Positions 9,947 through 19,582 of a DNA stretch of 64,000 nt are shown one piece after another (the stretch's first letter is position 1; every line of letters starts with the position of its first letter). A program made the translations under genes and the position numbers. The notes beneath the pieces were generated by a model, which saw only the letters and a program-made list of their open reading frames with translations, had not been told where the DNA came from and did no database searches. The stretch is from the NCBI GenBank assembly GCA_963668645.2, contig CAXXWC010000022.1:32001-96000 (forward strand), given 5' to 3'. This DNA comes from Desulfobacterales bacterium. Its GTDB lineage: Bacteria > Desulfobacterota > Desulfobacteria > Desulfobacterales > UBA2174.

Positions 9947-10999
9947 ATGTGGAAGATTAGCAGCGGGATATTTCTCGGCTGGGCCCTGGGGGCCAACGAT
10001 TCGGCCAACATCTTCGGCACCGGGGTGGCCACCGGCACGGTGCGCTACCGGACCGCCATCTGGCTGACGGCCGTCTTCCTGCTGGCCGGGGCCGTCATCG
10101 AGGGGCCCAAGTGCATGCAGACCCTGGGCGAGCTGTCCCGGCTGGTGCCCCTGGAAGCCTTTTGCGTGGCCCTGGGCGCGGCCTGCACCATGGCGCTGCT
10201 CACCGTCCTGGCGCTGCCCGCCTCGGCCAGCCAGGCCATCGTGGGCGCCATCCTGGGGGTCGGAATCCTGTCCGGGACCGCCGATTTTTCCCGCCTTTAC
10301 CGCATCGTGGCCTGCTGGGTCTTCACCCCCGTCTGCGGCTTGATTCTCGGCTACCTGCTGCACCGGACCTTCGCTTGGATCCTGGATCGCACGGTGCACC
10401 GCATCACCCAGCGCAACTTCATCTATATGGCGGGCATCCTGGTTTCCGGGTGCTACGGGGCCTATTCCCTGGGCAGCAACAACGTGGCCAACGTGACCGG
10501 GATCTACGTGGGGGCCGGCCTCCTTTCGACCCAAACCGCGGCTCTGGTGGGCGGCCTGAGCATCGCCCTGGGGGTGCTGACCTTCAGCCGGGGCGTGATG
10601 ATGACCGTGGGCAAGGGGATCGTGCCCCTCGACCCCTTTTCGGCCCTGGTGGTGGTGCTGGCCCAGGCCATGACCCTGCACCTTTTTACCCAGGTGGGCG
10701 TGCCGGTCTCTTCGTCCCAGGCGGTGGTGGGCGCCGTGGTGGGAGTGGGCCTGGTGGCTGACGCGCGCACCATCAGCGCTCGCATGCTGCTCAAGATTGC
10801 CATGGGATGGCTCACCACCCCCCTCGGTGCCGGCCTGGTCGCCGTGGCCGTCTTCTGGGTGGCCAGGACGGCGGCCCCGTTCTGGGTGGAATGGATCGGT
10901 ACGGCGCTGAAAAATAGCGGCATCACCGATGCAATCGCGACGGCGCTGGAATTTTATGCCGCGATCGTCCAGGCCTTGGCAGGGTGTCTTGGCGGGTGA
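9947..10999 (+). CDS. PiT-family inorganic phosphate transporter
   Basis: GANDSAN, LPASASQAIVG, GSNNVAN, PVSSSQAVVG. Confidence 0.93.
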   Translation: MWKISSGIFLGWALGANDSANIFGTGVATGTVRYRTAIWLTAVFLLAGAVIEGPKCMQTLGELSRLVPLEAFCVALGAACTMALLTVLALPASASQAIVGAILGVGILSGTADFSRLYRIVACWVFTPVCGLILGYLLHRTFAWILDRTVHRITQRNFIYMAGILVSGCYGAYSLGSNNVANVTGIYVGAGLLSTQTAALVGGLSIALGVLTFSRGVMMTVGKGIVPLDPFSALVVVLAQAMTLHLFTQVGVPVSSSQAVVGAVVGVGLVADARTISARMLLKIAMGWLTTPLGAGLVAVAVFWVARTAAPFWVEWIGTALKNSGITDAIATALEFYAAIVQALAGCLGG

Positions 11000-11083
11000 C
11001 CCCCGGCCGGGTCCTCATTTTCTGCCAACATTTTCATGCAACCGTTTCGAGCCGGATTGAACTCGGAAAACAAGGAGCCGGTC

Positions 11084-11686
11084 ATGATCCGCCTCAGCCG
11101 CATCTGGAAACTCTACATCGCCTACACCACGGCCCTGATCATCTGCATGACCCTGGCCGGATTCTTCCTCGATTTTCAGATCAGGCGTCAGCTCGAAGAC
11201 CACCTCCAGGAAGACGCCCTGGCAACGGCCCGCCTGGCCGTGAAGCATCTTCCGGTCCAGGCCCGCGGGGAAATGCTGGCGCCGTTTTGCCTCAGCTACC
11301 GTGAGACGGCCGGATGGCGGCTGACCATCGTCGATGCCGCAGGCGCCGTGATCGCCGATTCCCATGAAAAAGCGACCCAGATGGACAACCACCGCGGCCG
11401 CAAAGAGATCCGCACGGCGCTGGCAAAGGGCTACGGCACGGCCATCCGCATGAGCCCGACTTTGGGCTGCGAGATGCTCTATGCCGCGGTCTACGCCCCA
11501 AAGCGGGGCCTGGTGGTGCGGGTGGCCATGCCCATGAGCCGGGTCAAGGGGGTGCAAAACGAGGTGATGCGCCTAGCGTCGGTGTTTCTCTACTTAGCCC
11601 CCCTGCTCTGTGCCGTCATCTCCTTTTTCACCGCCCGGGCCCTGGTGGCCAACGGTTCTTCCAGAAGGGGTGCGGGACCGTCTTAA
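11084..11686 (+). CDS. Membrane protein resembling the PhoR N-terminal sensor (TM-Cache-TM), with no kinase domain
   Basis: RLTIVDAAGAVIADS, MDNHRGRKEI, R.SPTLG.EMLYAA, VRVAMP; stop soon after the second TM. Confidence 0.7.
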   Translation: MIRLSRIWKLYIAYTTALIICMTLAGFFLDFQIRRQLEDHLQEDALATARLAVKHLPVQARGEMLAPFCLSYRETAGWRLTIVDAAGAVIADSHEKATQMDNHRGRKEIRTALAKGYGTAIRMSPTLGCEMLYAAVYAPKRGLVVRVAMPMSRVKGVQNEVMRLASVFLYLAPLLCAVISFFTARALVANGSSRRGAGPS

Positions 11687-11810
11687 TAGGTTTACCCTCC
11701 CATTTTCCCCCTTTTCGCTTTCGCTTGCCGAACCGGCGGGCGGTCCTATTGTTTTACCCAGCAGGACGAACGACGAACCTGAAATCGACAAACCAACCTG
11801 GAGGTGCACC

Positions 11811-11948
11811 ATGGCCGATACCCATGACTATATTGAGAACGAACGCGAACGCGAAGAAGGTCACGTGGATACCCGCAAGCGCAACTTCGAGTGCGAACGG
11901 CCCGATCCGAATCTGGGCTGCGACCCGGGCATCGATGTGGCCGGCTGA
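11811..11948 (+). CDS. Small acidic hypothetical protein (45 aa)
   Basis: GGAGG RBS, ATG start, followed by an intrinsic terminator. Confidence 0.5.
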   Translation: MADTHDYIENEREREEGHVDTRKRNFECERPDPNLGCDPGIDVAG

Positions 11949-11994
11949 TTCAAGGCAGCGCTTCGATCACAACGGGCAACCGTATCGTTAAAAC

Positions 11995-12026
11995 AAGGCA
12001 GCGCCCTTCGGGGCGCTGCCTTTTTT
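11995..12026 (+). terminator. Rho-independent terminator
   Basis: AAGGCAGCGCCC-TTCG-GGGCGCTGCCTT followed by a T run. Confidence 0.85.
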
Positions 12027-12050
12027 GTATAAAACCTGCTGCCGGAATAT

Positions 12051-12211
12051 GGATACTTTTGACCCACCTGTTCCAGGAGATTTTAAGGCCGGATACTTTT
12101 TACCCACCCAGGTGCCATTCCGATTTTCCTCGGCTCACGTCCGGTTTGCGTAAAATAGCCTGTTATATCGTTATGTTAAAAAATTTTTCGCCTGTTGGCA
12201 CGGCACCTGCT
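12051..12211 (+). promoter_or_regulatory. Sigma54 promoter with two upstream activator sites
   Basis: TGGCACGGCACCTGCT (-24/-12) at 12196-12211; direct repeat GGATACTTTT(G/T)ACCCACC at 12051 and 12091. Confidence 0.7.
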
Positions 12212-12282
12212 ATAGGGTCTGGTCACAAACAGCAACGAGGTCTGATGCAAGCACATCAAAACAAACCCGAAAGGAGATCACC

Positions 12283-12780
12283 ATGAAGAAGAATCGCATC
12301 CACCGCGCAGTCCTGGTCACCACCCTCGTCACCCTGGTCGGCTTTTCCGGCATCGCCCTGGCCGGTCCCTACGGCGGCGGCCGGCACATGGGGTACGGCA
12401 ATCCGGACTGCCCGCGCTTCGAAGAAGGTCGGGGGCCGGGATGGGGCGCCGACCTGAGCCCCGAGCAGGCCGCTCAACTGGAAAAGCTGCGCGATGAATT
12501 TCGGGCGGCCACGGCCGACCTGCGCGGCGAACTGCGCCAGAAGGAACTGACCCTGCGCGCCGAACTGGCCAAGAAAACCCCTGACGTAGCCGCCGCCATG
12601 GCCATGCAAAAAGAGATTTCGGCCCTGCGCGCCGACCTGGATGCCAAACGCCTGGCCCACCGGCTGGAAGTGCACAAGATCGCTCCCGAGGCGGGCTTCG
12701 GCCCCGGGTTCGGCCGTGGCTACCGCCAGGGCCCCCGCCAGGGTGGCTGGGGCGGCGGTCGCGGTCCTTGCTGGAACTGA
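12283..12780 (+). CDS. ZraP/Spy/CpxP-family periplasmic protein
   Basis: Signal peptide, LSPEQ motif, helical core, Gly-rich tail ending GPCWN; sigma54 promoter. Confidence 0.85.
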   Translation: MKKNRIHRAVLVTTLVTLVGFSGIALAGPYGGGRHMGYGNPDCPRFEEGRGPGWGADLSPEQAAQLEKLRDEFRAATADLRGELRQKELTLRAELAKKTPDVAAAMAMQKEISALRADLDAKRLAHRLEVHKIAPEAGFGPGFGRGYRQGPRQGGWGGGRGPCWN

Positions 12781-12803
12781 AGACATTCCGCACCAAAACC
12801 GTC

Positions 12804-12831
12804 AAAGGGGGGACCACCGGTCCCCCCTTTT
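12804..12831 (+). terminator. Rho-independent terminator
   Basis: AAAGGGGGGACC-ACC-GGTCCCCCCTTTT. Confidence 0.8.
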
Positions 12832-12904
12832 GCGTTGCCCGCCATGCAAAACCCTTCGTTGCAGCAGCCCTTTTCTTGCGCGTTCGTCAAGGCTCGGGGG
12901 GCAC

Positions 12905-12981
12905 GGGGCGGATATGGGGGGGTGGATATGGGGCGGATATGGGGCGGACATGGAGGGGCGGACACGCAGGTCCGCCCGTAC
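12905..12981. repeat. REP-like palindrome preceded by degenerate half-REP units
   Basis: GGGGCGGACACGCAGGTCCGCCCGTAC at 12955-12981, preceded by about four GGGGCGGA(T/C)AT units; an inverted copy lies at 13208-13233. Confidence 0.75.
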
Positions 12982-12983
12982 AA

Positions 12984-13511
12984 TCAGCCCGTGCGGGAGG
13001 CATTCAAGGCGTCCGATTCCCATCGGGCCGGATTGGTGCGGATATATTCCCGGATACGGTCCAATTCCGGTTCGTTGCGCACGATGCGGTCCCAATAATT
13101 GCGTTGCCATAATTTTCCCGGAAACGGCGGCCAACCATGGCCTTTCACCCCACGGATGTACGCGTTGGTCGTCATGGTTTTAAACCATTGCACCACCGCC
13201 GGTACCTGTACGGGCGAACCTGCGTGTTCGCCCTTTTCGGTACCGGGGTGGACCACGATGAAATGAACGTGGTTGGGCATGCAAACGAATTCGTCGCATT
13301 CGATATCGGGAAATTTGTTGTTCAATTCGAAAAACCACCGCACGACCATTTCCCCCGCATCGTTCAACCCCATTTTCCCGCCGGCAATATCCCCGAACAG
13401 GCATCGCCGGTTTTGGGTGCAGACGGTGATAAAATACGCACCGGCCCAGGCATAATCGTATCCCCGCAACCGGATGGACCGGCGGTGATGGATGGCCGGA
13501 TCGTATTTCAT
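12984..13511 (-). CDS. REP-associated tyrosine transposase (RAYT, Y1 HUH)
   Basis: HHRRSIRLRGYDY, YFITVCT, MPNHVH, LWQRNYWDRIVR, YIRTNP. Confidence 0.9.
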   Translation of the reverse strand: MKYDPAIHHRRSIRLRGYDYAWAGAYFITVCTQNRRCLFGDIAGGKMGLNDAGEMVVRWFFELNNKFPDIECDEFVCMPNHVHFIVVHPGTEKGEHAGSPVQVPAVVQWFKTMTTNAYIRGVKGHGWPPFPGKLWQRNYWDRIVRNEPELDRIREYIRTNPARWESDALNASRTG

Positions 13512-13570
13512 GATGCCGTCTTTGGTTGGGGTTGGGGGCGAAAAATTTTTCACCCCCACCGTCTCAATCC

Positions 13571-13730
13571 CATCTGATCTGACAACACCTTTCGAACGAT
13601 AAAAAATATCGCGCAGAGTCGCTGAGGCGCTGAGTCTTCATACATCTGATCTGGTCACGTCTTTCGTACCCGGGAGCGCCAAGCCCCAGCTTGGCCACAA
13701 TCCACCTGATCTGGTCACACCTTTCGAACG
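13571..13730. repeat. Three degenerate 28-bp repeats; 13595-13676 is repeated at 16970-17051
   Basis: CA(T/C)CTGATCTGnnnACnnCTTTCG units at 13571, 13643 and 13703. Confidence 0.8.
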
Positions 13731-14764
13731 AAAGCCCCGGCCGCTTCTTCAAGCTGTTTCACGAAGTCTGCCGCCCCCGAAGCTTCCTTATTTTCCCGTC
13801 GACGCACTTCAAATTCTTCATATTCCGCTCTGGCGTGGTCTTCCGCCTCCTGCTTGCTCACCTTTCCAGCATGAGGCAGCACACGGCGATCGTTGAAACG
13901 TAGAAAGTCATCGAGCCGCTGTTCCCAATCTCTCATGAACACCTGCTTGCGGCGCCTGGCCTGGTCCTCTGCAAAATCAAGCCACATGGTGACGATCCGG
14001 TTCAGTTCCTCTATTTCATCTTCCTTCAGGTACTTTTTGGCAATGGTGACATCGGTTTTATGCACTTCTTCCCCCCTCCAGGAGGTCAGTCCCATATTCG
14101 GCGACGAATGATCGGCACGGGACTGGATCACCTCGGCAGTGGTCATGCCGGTGGTGGCAAAGTGCAACTTGTTCTGGATCACACTGAAAAACTTGGTGGT
14201 TTCGCTCCAGGTCGGTTCATAATCCGCCGCCATGGCGAAAATTTCGCGTACCCGGAGGTACATGCGCCGCTCGCTGGCACGAATGTCGCGGATCCGGGCC
14301 AGCATTTCGTCAAAATAGTCGGGAACGACAGAGCCTTTGACGGGCGGATTCTTCAGCCGCTCGTCGTCCATGGTAAAACCCTTGACGATATATTCCTTCA
14401 ACCGTTGGGTAGCCCAGATGCGAAAACGGGTGGCAATCAGGCTTTTGACCCGGTAGCCCACCGAGATGATCATGTCGAGGTTGTAGAATTCCAACTTCCT
14501 GCGCACATCCCGGTTGCCTTCCCGGCGAACTGTTAAGAAATTCTTAACAGTTGCCTCCGGAGTCAATTCACTCTCCTTGAAAATATTACGGATGTGCATG
14601 CTGATGTTGGGAACCGTGGTCTGAAACAGTTCTGCGATTAACTGCTGCGTCAACCAAACCGTTTCATCCTGCAGCCGCACATCCAGCCTCACGCTACCGT
14701 CGCCGGATTGATAAACGATGATTTCACCCTTATTGGGTTCGATGTCGGAAATGGGCTTATTCAT
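13715..14764 (-). CDS. rhuM: RhuM-family protein
   Basis: ETVWLTQ, YNLDMIISVGYRVKS, FRIWAT..L.EY..KGF, IRDIRASE, QNKLHFA, NMGLTSW. Confidence 0.92.
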   Translation of the reverse strand: MNKPISDIEPNKGEIIVYQSGDGSVRLDVRLQDETVWLTQQLIAELFQTTVPNISMHIRNIFKESELTPEATVKNFLTVRREGNRDVRRKLEFYNLDMIISVGYRVKSLIATRFRIWATQRLKEYIVKGFTMDDERLKNPPVKGSVVPDYFDEMLARIRDIRASERRMYLRVREIFAMAADYEPTWSETTKFFSVIQNKLHFATTGMTTAEVIQSRADHSSPNMGLTSWRGEEVHKTDVTIAKKYLKEDEIEELNRIVTMWLDFAEDQARRRKQVFMRDWEQRLDDFLRFNDRRVLPHAGKVSKQEAEDHARAEYEEFEVRRRENKEASGAADFVKQLEEAAGAFVRKV

Positions 14765-14780
14765 ACAAGCCATCCTCTAT

Positions 14781-16800
14781 CTCACATTTCGCTTGTTTCC
14801 GGCGCCATTCCAAACATTAGGAAAACGTCGTAAATCGACAGTTTTCTTCGATAATGTCTGATCCGATGTCCTTTTGGCCGGCTCATCGCCCGCCAATGCA
14901 CAAAAACACCGCGTAACACATTGAAATCAAACTAGATTTTTCTACTAGAAAAAGAGAAGTACTTCCAATAACTTACGGAGGAACTTCTCATGGCCTTAAC
15001 CGATCCGGTTTCCAGTATCGTCGATGATGTCGTTACCCAGAACATCGGCTTCGCACCAATACTCCGATATTACTTCGAAAAAGCCGCCATCGCCCGCATC
15101 ATCGACGACTCGGTAACCATCGACCCCCGGCGAAAAGTCCTGACCCACGGCCAGGCCGCCGTGGCCATGATCACCGCCATCCTGTTCCAGGTCATGCAGC
15201 TTTACCGCATCTGCCCCTTTGCCAGGCAAAGCACCGTGCTCGATACCGTCCTTACCGGCATCCCGGCAGAGGCCTACTTCGACGACCGGCTGGCCGATAG
15301 CCTCGATGCCCTCCATCGTCACGGGCTCGGAAACCTGGAGCTGGAAATCACCCGCCATATGATCGAGGCTTGGCAGATTAGCACCGACGTGTGCCATAAC
15401 GATACCACCTCGGCCTCCTATTATGGCAATGGAAACACCGCCGCGTCGAGCGAAGGGATCCAAATCACCTTCGGTCACAGCAAAAAGCACCGCGATGATC
15501 TCAAGCAACTGATCTGGTCGATGTCGGTCAGTGACGACAGTGCCTTTCCCCTATTTTCGCAGGCCTACAGCGGCAACACCGCCGATGTAACCACCTATGT
15601 CGAACAATGGCAGCGTCTGATCGATCTGCTGGACCGGTCAGACTTTCTCTACGTGGCCGACTGCAAGCTGATCAGCGCGGCCAACATCGCCGCGATCCTT
15701 GATAACGGCGGCCATTTTCTGGCCCCGGCGCCCATGTATGAATGTTTTGCCAAACACTTCGAGGCCGCCGTTGCCGACCATGATCGGGAAATTCTGCTTC
15801 CTCACAAGCGCCGCTTCAATCGCGGTTTTGAAGTGCCGCTGGTCGTGCGGCATCTCAAAAAGGACTACCGGCTACGGATGATCATCATCTTCGATCAGGC
15901 CGTGGCCCAGACCAAACGCCAGAACCTGAAACGGCGTGTGGAGCAGACCCGCGAGGCCCTGGAAGCGCTGCGGGGCACACTCAACGGCCGCAAGCCGAAA
16001 ACCGAAGAACAAATCCAAAAGGCCTGCGATGCGATCTTGGCAACATACGGTACCGCAGACTTTTTCAGCTACCGCATCGACTACCAGGCCCTGGTGACCT
16101 ACAAATACAAAGGCCGAGGACGCCCCTCGGCCGGCAAGCCTGCCGAGAAAGTGGCCGTGCACAGCGATCTATTCGACATCCAGGTCCACTTTGACGAGGC
16201 CACCTTTAGCGCAGCGCTGGACCGCTGTGGCTATTATCCGCTGCTGACCGACGTGGAGGCCGAGAACTTGAGCCTCCAGCAGGCCATGGCTCACCACAAG
16301 GGCCAGTATCGAAACGAGCATACCTTCCGGCGCGCCAAAGGGCCCTACGATCTGGAACCGATCTATCTGCAGCGCCCAGAGCGCATCGAGGCGTATCTGT
16401 TCTTGTTCAAAATCGCCTTGCAAATCGTTGTGTTGGTCGAGAGAACCGCTCGGATCAACATCCAACAGCGCGACCGTGGGCTGGATGACTTCATGCCCAA
16501 CCGCAAAGATGTGCGCAACCCCAAAGCCGAACACCTGCTGGCCGCCTTCGAGCATGTCGTCAAAGGCGCGATGCCTGGCCCGAGCGGCACCACTTGCGGC
16601 TTTGTCTCGAAACTGACCGCCTTGCAAAACGAAATCATCGCGGTCTTGGAGGTGCCCCGGGAATGCTTCTCCTATAAATACTTGGCTGACTCAAGCTAAA
16701 CGGGCGCAACCCGTCTCTATCACTAAATCGTCTATATGCCGGGAGCAAGTTGAGACCAGGAAAAATCAAGAATACACTTTTTCAAAGAGCGAAATGCAAG
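14781..16800 (+). mobile_element. IS1634-family insertion sequence
   Basis: Ends CTCACATTTCGC / GCGAAATGCAAG; 6-bp TSD CTCTAT at 14775-14780 and 16801-16806. Confidence 0.88.
14990..16699 (+). CDS. IS1634-family DDE transposase
   Basis: HNDTTS, FGHSKKHRDDLKQ, SGNTAD, VADCKL, EHTFRRAK, RIEA. Confidence 0.9.
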   Translation: MALTDPVSSIVDDVVTQNIGFAPILRYYFEKAAIARIIDDSVTIDPRRKVLTHGQAAVAMITAILFQVMQLYRICPFARQSTVLDTVLTGIPAEAYFDDRLADSLDALHRHGLGNLELEITRHMIEAWQISTDVCHNDTTSASYYGNGNTAASSEGIQITFGHSKKHRDDLKQLIWSMSVSDDSAFPLFSQAYSGNTADVTTYVEQWQRLIDLLDRSDFLYVADCKLISAANIAAILDNGGHFLAPAPMYECFAKHFEAAVADHDREILLPHKRRFNRGFEVPLVVRHLKKDYRLRMIIIFDQAVAQTKRQNLKRRVEQTREALEALRGTLNGRKPKTEEQIQKACDAILATYGTADFFSYRIDYQALVTYKYKGRGRPSAGKPAEKVAVHSDLFDIQVHFDEATFSAALDRCGYYPLLTDVEAENLSLQQAMAHHKGQYRNEHTFRRAKGPYDLEPIYLQRPERIEAYLFLFKIALQIVVLVERTARINIQQRDRGLDDFMPNRKDVRNPKAEHLLAAFEHVVKGAMPGPSGTTCGFVSKLTALQNEIIAVLEVPRECFSYKYLADSS

Positions 16801-16969
16801 CTCTATTGCACAGGTATCGACTCCCCGGAAATATTCGGGCCGTTTTGTCAAACATATAACAGCTTGACAATAAGACGAATATATAAAAACATACCGTGTC
16901 TATCAACCAATGAAAAATCAAAAAATCAATCAAAATTCAACCGCATTTTTTCAATATGATTTCCACTCA

Positions 16970-17051
16970 AACGATGAAAAATATCGCGCAGAGCCGCTGA
17001 GGCGCTGAGTCCAAATCCATCTGATCTGGTCACGTCTTTCGCACCCGGGAG
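16970..17051. repeat. Second copy of the 82-bp direct repeat flanking rhuM
   Basis: Near-identical to 13595-13676. Confidence 0.85.
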
Positions 17052-17053
17052 AC

Positions 17054-17293
17054 ACCCCGACGGCGCCCGTGCTGCCGCCGTGTATTACAGCCTGATCGAG
17101 ACCGCCAAGGCTAACGGCTGGGAGCCCCACGCTTACCTTACCTACCTGTTCGAAAATTTGCCGCTCGCCAATACCGAAAAAGATTACCGCAAGCTGCTCC
17201 CCTACAACCGTCCGCAGTAGGCAGCAGACAATCAGGGCGCTCAGCCGGACGCCGCCGCCCAGAGGACCAGGGTGCGGTTGGCCGAACGCTTAC
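17054..17293 (+). mobile_element. IS66 right-end remnant
   Basis: Encodes AVYYSLIETAKANG...LLP*; ends GCCGAACGCTTAC like the IS66 end at 33032. Confidence 0.85.
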
Positions 17294-17440
17294 AGAGATC
17301 CTGCTACACACTGCTGACCTTTGTATGCCTGAAAATGGAACTGTACTGGAGATCGAAACCCATTGGAAAAGTGCCTAACAACCTGCCACTTCTAAGAAAA
17401 TTGGCAGATGCAAATTTCACACAATCTTCTTGACAGTACC
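17294..17440 (+). mobile_element. Probable IS256-family right-end remnant
   Basis: Encodes YTLLTFVCLKMELYWRSKPIGKVPNNLP; ends TTCACACAATCTTCTTGACAGTACC. Confidence 0.55.
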
Positions 17441-17651
17441 GGGTGATTTAAAAGGAGGGTACAAGCAGTCAATAAGTATGTCAGAAATATTTTACGAACT
17501 TGCCAAAAAACTCATAGCAATCTGTATTTACGAGACTTTATCCATGTACTGCTGCATGTCATGGGTACGTAGTTGGGCATGACGCATTCCGATCGAACAG
17601 GGCAAGGAGAACTTTTGACTGTCAAGATAATGAATGCTTATAGCCTCTATT

Positions 17652-17726
17652 TTTAATGATAATTTAACATTTGCCCCCGGTGCGTGTTAGAAGTTTTCTA
17701 TTTTTAGCCTAACATAAGTTTTCCAT
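17652..17726 (+). promoter_or_regulatory. Pho-box-like 11-bp-spaced direct repeats
   Basis: TTTAATG/TTTAACA at 17652/17663 and CTAACAT/TTTCCAT at 17709/17720, upstream of DUF47-PiT. Confidence 0.4.
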
Positions 17727-17776
17727 CGGTGCAATTTAAAGAGAGGATCAGATTTACCCCCAAAGGGACCACCACC

Positions 17777-18427
17777 ATGAAATTCAATATTATCAGCAGA
17801 AAAACCGATATTGAATACCAGATCAATGACTTCATGGACCAGGTCAGCCGGTCCGGACTCGTCTTCCAGGAAGGTGCCCGGTTTTATCTTAAAGGAGAAT
17901 ATGAAAATTTCGACAGGGTATTGGCCGATATTTCAATTATAGAACACAAGGGTGACGAGTTGAAGCGGACCATCATCGAGCGCCTTCATACCAAAACCCT
18001 TATCCCTGAATCCCGTGGAGACGTCCTGGAACTGATGGAGAATATGGATTCACTTTTGGACAGGTTTAAGGGGGCGCTCTGGCGATTCGAAATCGAACGG
18101 CCCAATATTGACGCCGAATTTGTCGAAGACTTCCAGGAGTTGATCAAGGGGGTGGTCGAGGCTGTTGAATCTATTGTTAAATCTTCCCGAGCCTTTTTTA
18201 CTGACATTGCAGCCGTAAGGGACCATCTGCACAAAGTCTCCTTCTGGGAAACCGAATGCGACAAAATTTCCACTCGTCTGAGAACCGCGATTTTCCGCAA
18301 GGAGAATATCCGGTTGAGCCGCCGCATGCTGCTGAGCGATATGGTCCGGCATATTGAGAAGATATCTGATCGGGCAGAGGACGTGGCTGACAGGATGAAT
18401 ATCTATGTCATCAAACGTGCATTATAG
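17777..18427 (+). CDS. DUF47 (PhoU-like) phosphate transport regulator
   Basis: EHKGDELKR, LIPESRGD, ETECD, SDRAEDVAD. Confidence 0.9.
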   Translation: MKFNIISRKTDIEYQINDFMDQVSRSGLVFQEGARFYLKGEYENFDRVLADISIIEHKGDELKRTIIERLHTKTLIPESRGDVLELMENMDSLLDRFKGALWRFEIERPNIDAEFVEDFQELIKGVVEAVESIVKSSRAFFTDIAAVRDHLHKVSFWETECDKISTRLRTAIFRKENIRLSRRMLLSDMVRHIEKISDRAEDVADRMNIYVIKRAL

Positions 18428-18436
18428 AGGAAACCG

Positions 18437-19486
18437 ATGTTCGCCTTTTTTCTAACCAGCGGTCTTTTTCTGGGATGGTCTTTAGGGGCAAATGATGCGT
18501 CCAACGTATTTGGTACGGCAGTGGCCTCAAAAATGGTCAGGTTCAGCACCGCAGCCGTATGCTGTGGTATATTTGTAACTTTAGGTGCCGTGATCAGCGG
18601 GGCAGGGGCCTCGCACACCTTGGGCAAGCTGGGGGCTGTCAATGCCATTGCCGGTGCGTTTATTGTGGCCTTTTCTGCAGCCTTGAGCGTATACTTGATG
18701 ACCAAGGCCAGATTCCCTGTATCAACTTCACAGGCCATTGTGGGGGCCATCGTCGGATGGAACCTTTTTTCAGGATCACCTGTGGACAAGACGGCTTTGA
18801 CCAAGATAGCCATGACTTGGCTGGTCTGTCCTGTGCTTTCCGGCATCATCGCCGTTGTCCTGTACCGGATATCCGCCCTTTTTATCAACACATGCAAAAT
18901 CCACATGTTCCGGCTGGATCTGTATACAAGGTGGTCCCTTTTGGTTGCCGGTATATGCGGGTCTTACGCCTTGGGAGCCAACAATATCGCCAATGTCATG
19001 GGCGTATTTCTGCCGGTATCCCCCTTTGAGACGCTTTCTCTTGGACTCTTTTCCATGTCTCCGGCCCAGCAGCTCTTCCTTATCGGCGGCATCGCCATTG
19101 CCATTGGCGTCTTCACCTACTCCAAACGGGTAATGATGACCGTTGGGGAAGGCATTGTGGAACTTCCCCCGGTTGCGGCAAGCGTTGTGGTATGGGCCCA
19201 TGCCATTGTCCTTTTTCTATTTTCCTCCCAGTCCTTGGAAGCCTTCCTGATCAACAACGGTATGCCGTCAATTCCCCTGGTTCCGGTTTCCAGTTCCCAG
19301 GCCGTGGTGGGGGCTGTTATCGGCATCGGCCTGTTTAAAAAAGGCTTTTCGAGTGTGAAATGGAAAATGGTGGGGGGAATTGCCAGCGGATGGGTTTCCA
19401 CACCCGTCATTGCCGCAGTGGTGAGTTTTATATCTTTATTTTTCATTCAAAATGTATTTCAACAGGAGGTGTATAAGCCTATGTAG
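18437..19486 (+). CDS. PiT-family phosphate transporter (second copy)
   Basis: GANDASN, PVSTSQAIVG, GANNIAN, PVSSSQAVVG. Confidence 0.93.
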   Translation: MFAFFLTSGLFLGWSLGANDASNVFGTAVASKMVRFSTAAVCCGIFVTLGAVISGAGASHTLGKLGAVNAIAGAFIVAFSAALSVYLMTKARFPVSTSQAIVGAIVGWNLFSGSPVDKTALTKIAMTWLVCPVLSGIIAVVLYRISALFINTCKIHMFRLDLYTRWSLLVAGICGSYALGANNIANVMGVFLPVSPFETLSLGLFSMSPAQQLFLIGGIAIAIGVFTYSKRVMMTVGEGIVELPPVAASVVVWAHAIVLFLFSSQSLEAFLINNGMPSIPLVPVSSSQAVVGAVIGIGLFKKGFSSVKWKMVGGIASGWVSTPVIAAVVSFISLFFIQNVFQQEVYKPM

Positions 19487-19582
19487 CTATCCGCCCCCCT
19501 GCCATTGAAAAAAACTGACCCGGACAGAAGTGTCAAAGAGCCAGGTAAATAAACCTATAATCAAAATAACGGAGCAAAAATT

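Noticed and set aside
13571..13730. CRISPR mini-array
   Set aside because: Repeats are divergent, spacers are unequal (44 and 32 bp), one spacer recurs at about 17 kb, one repeat overlaps rhuM, and no cas genes are present
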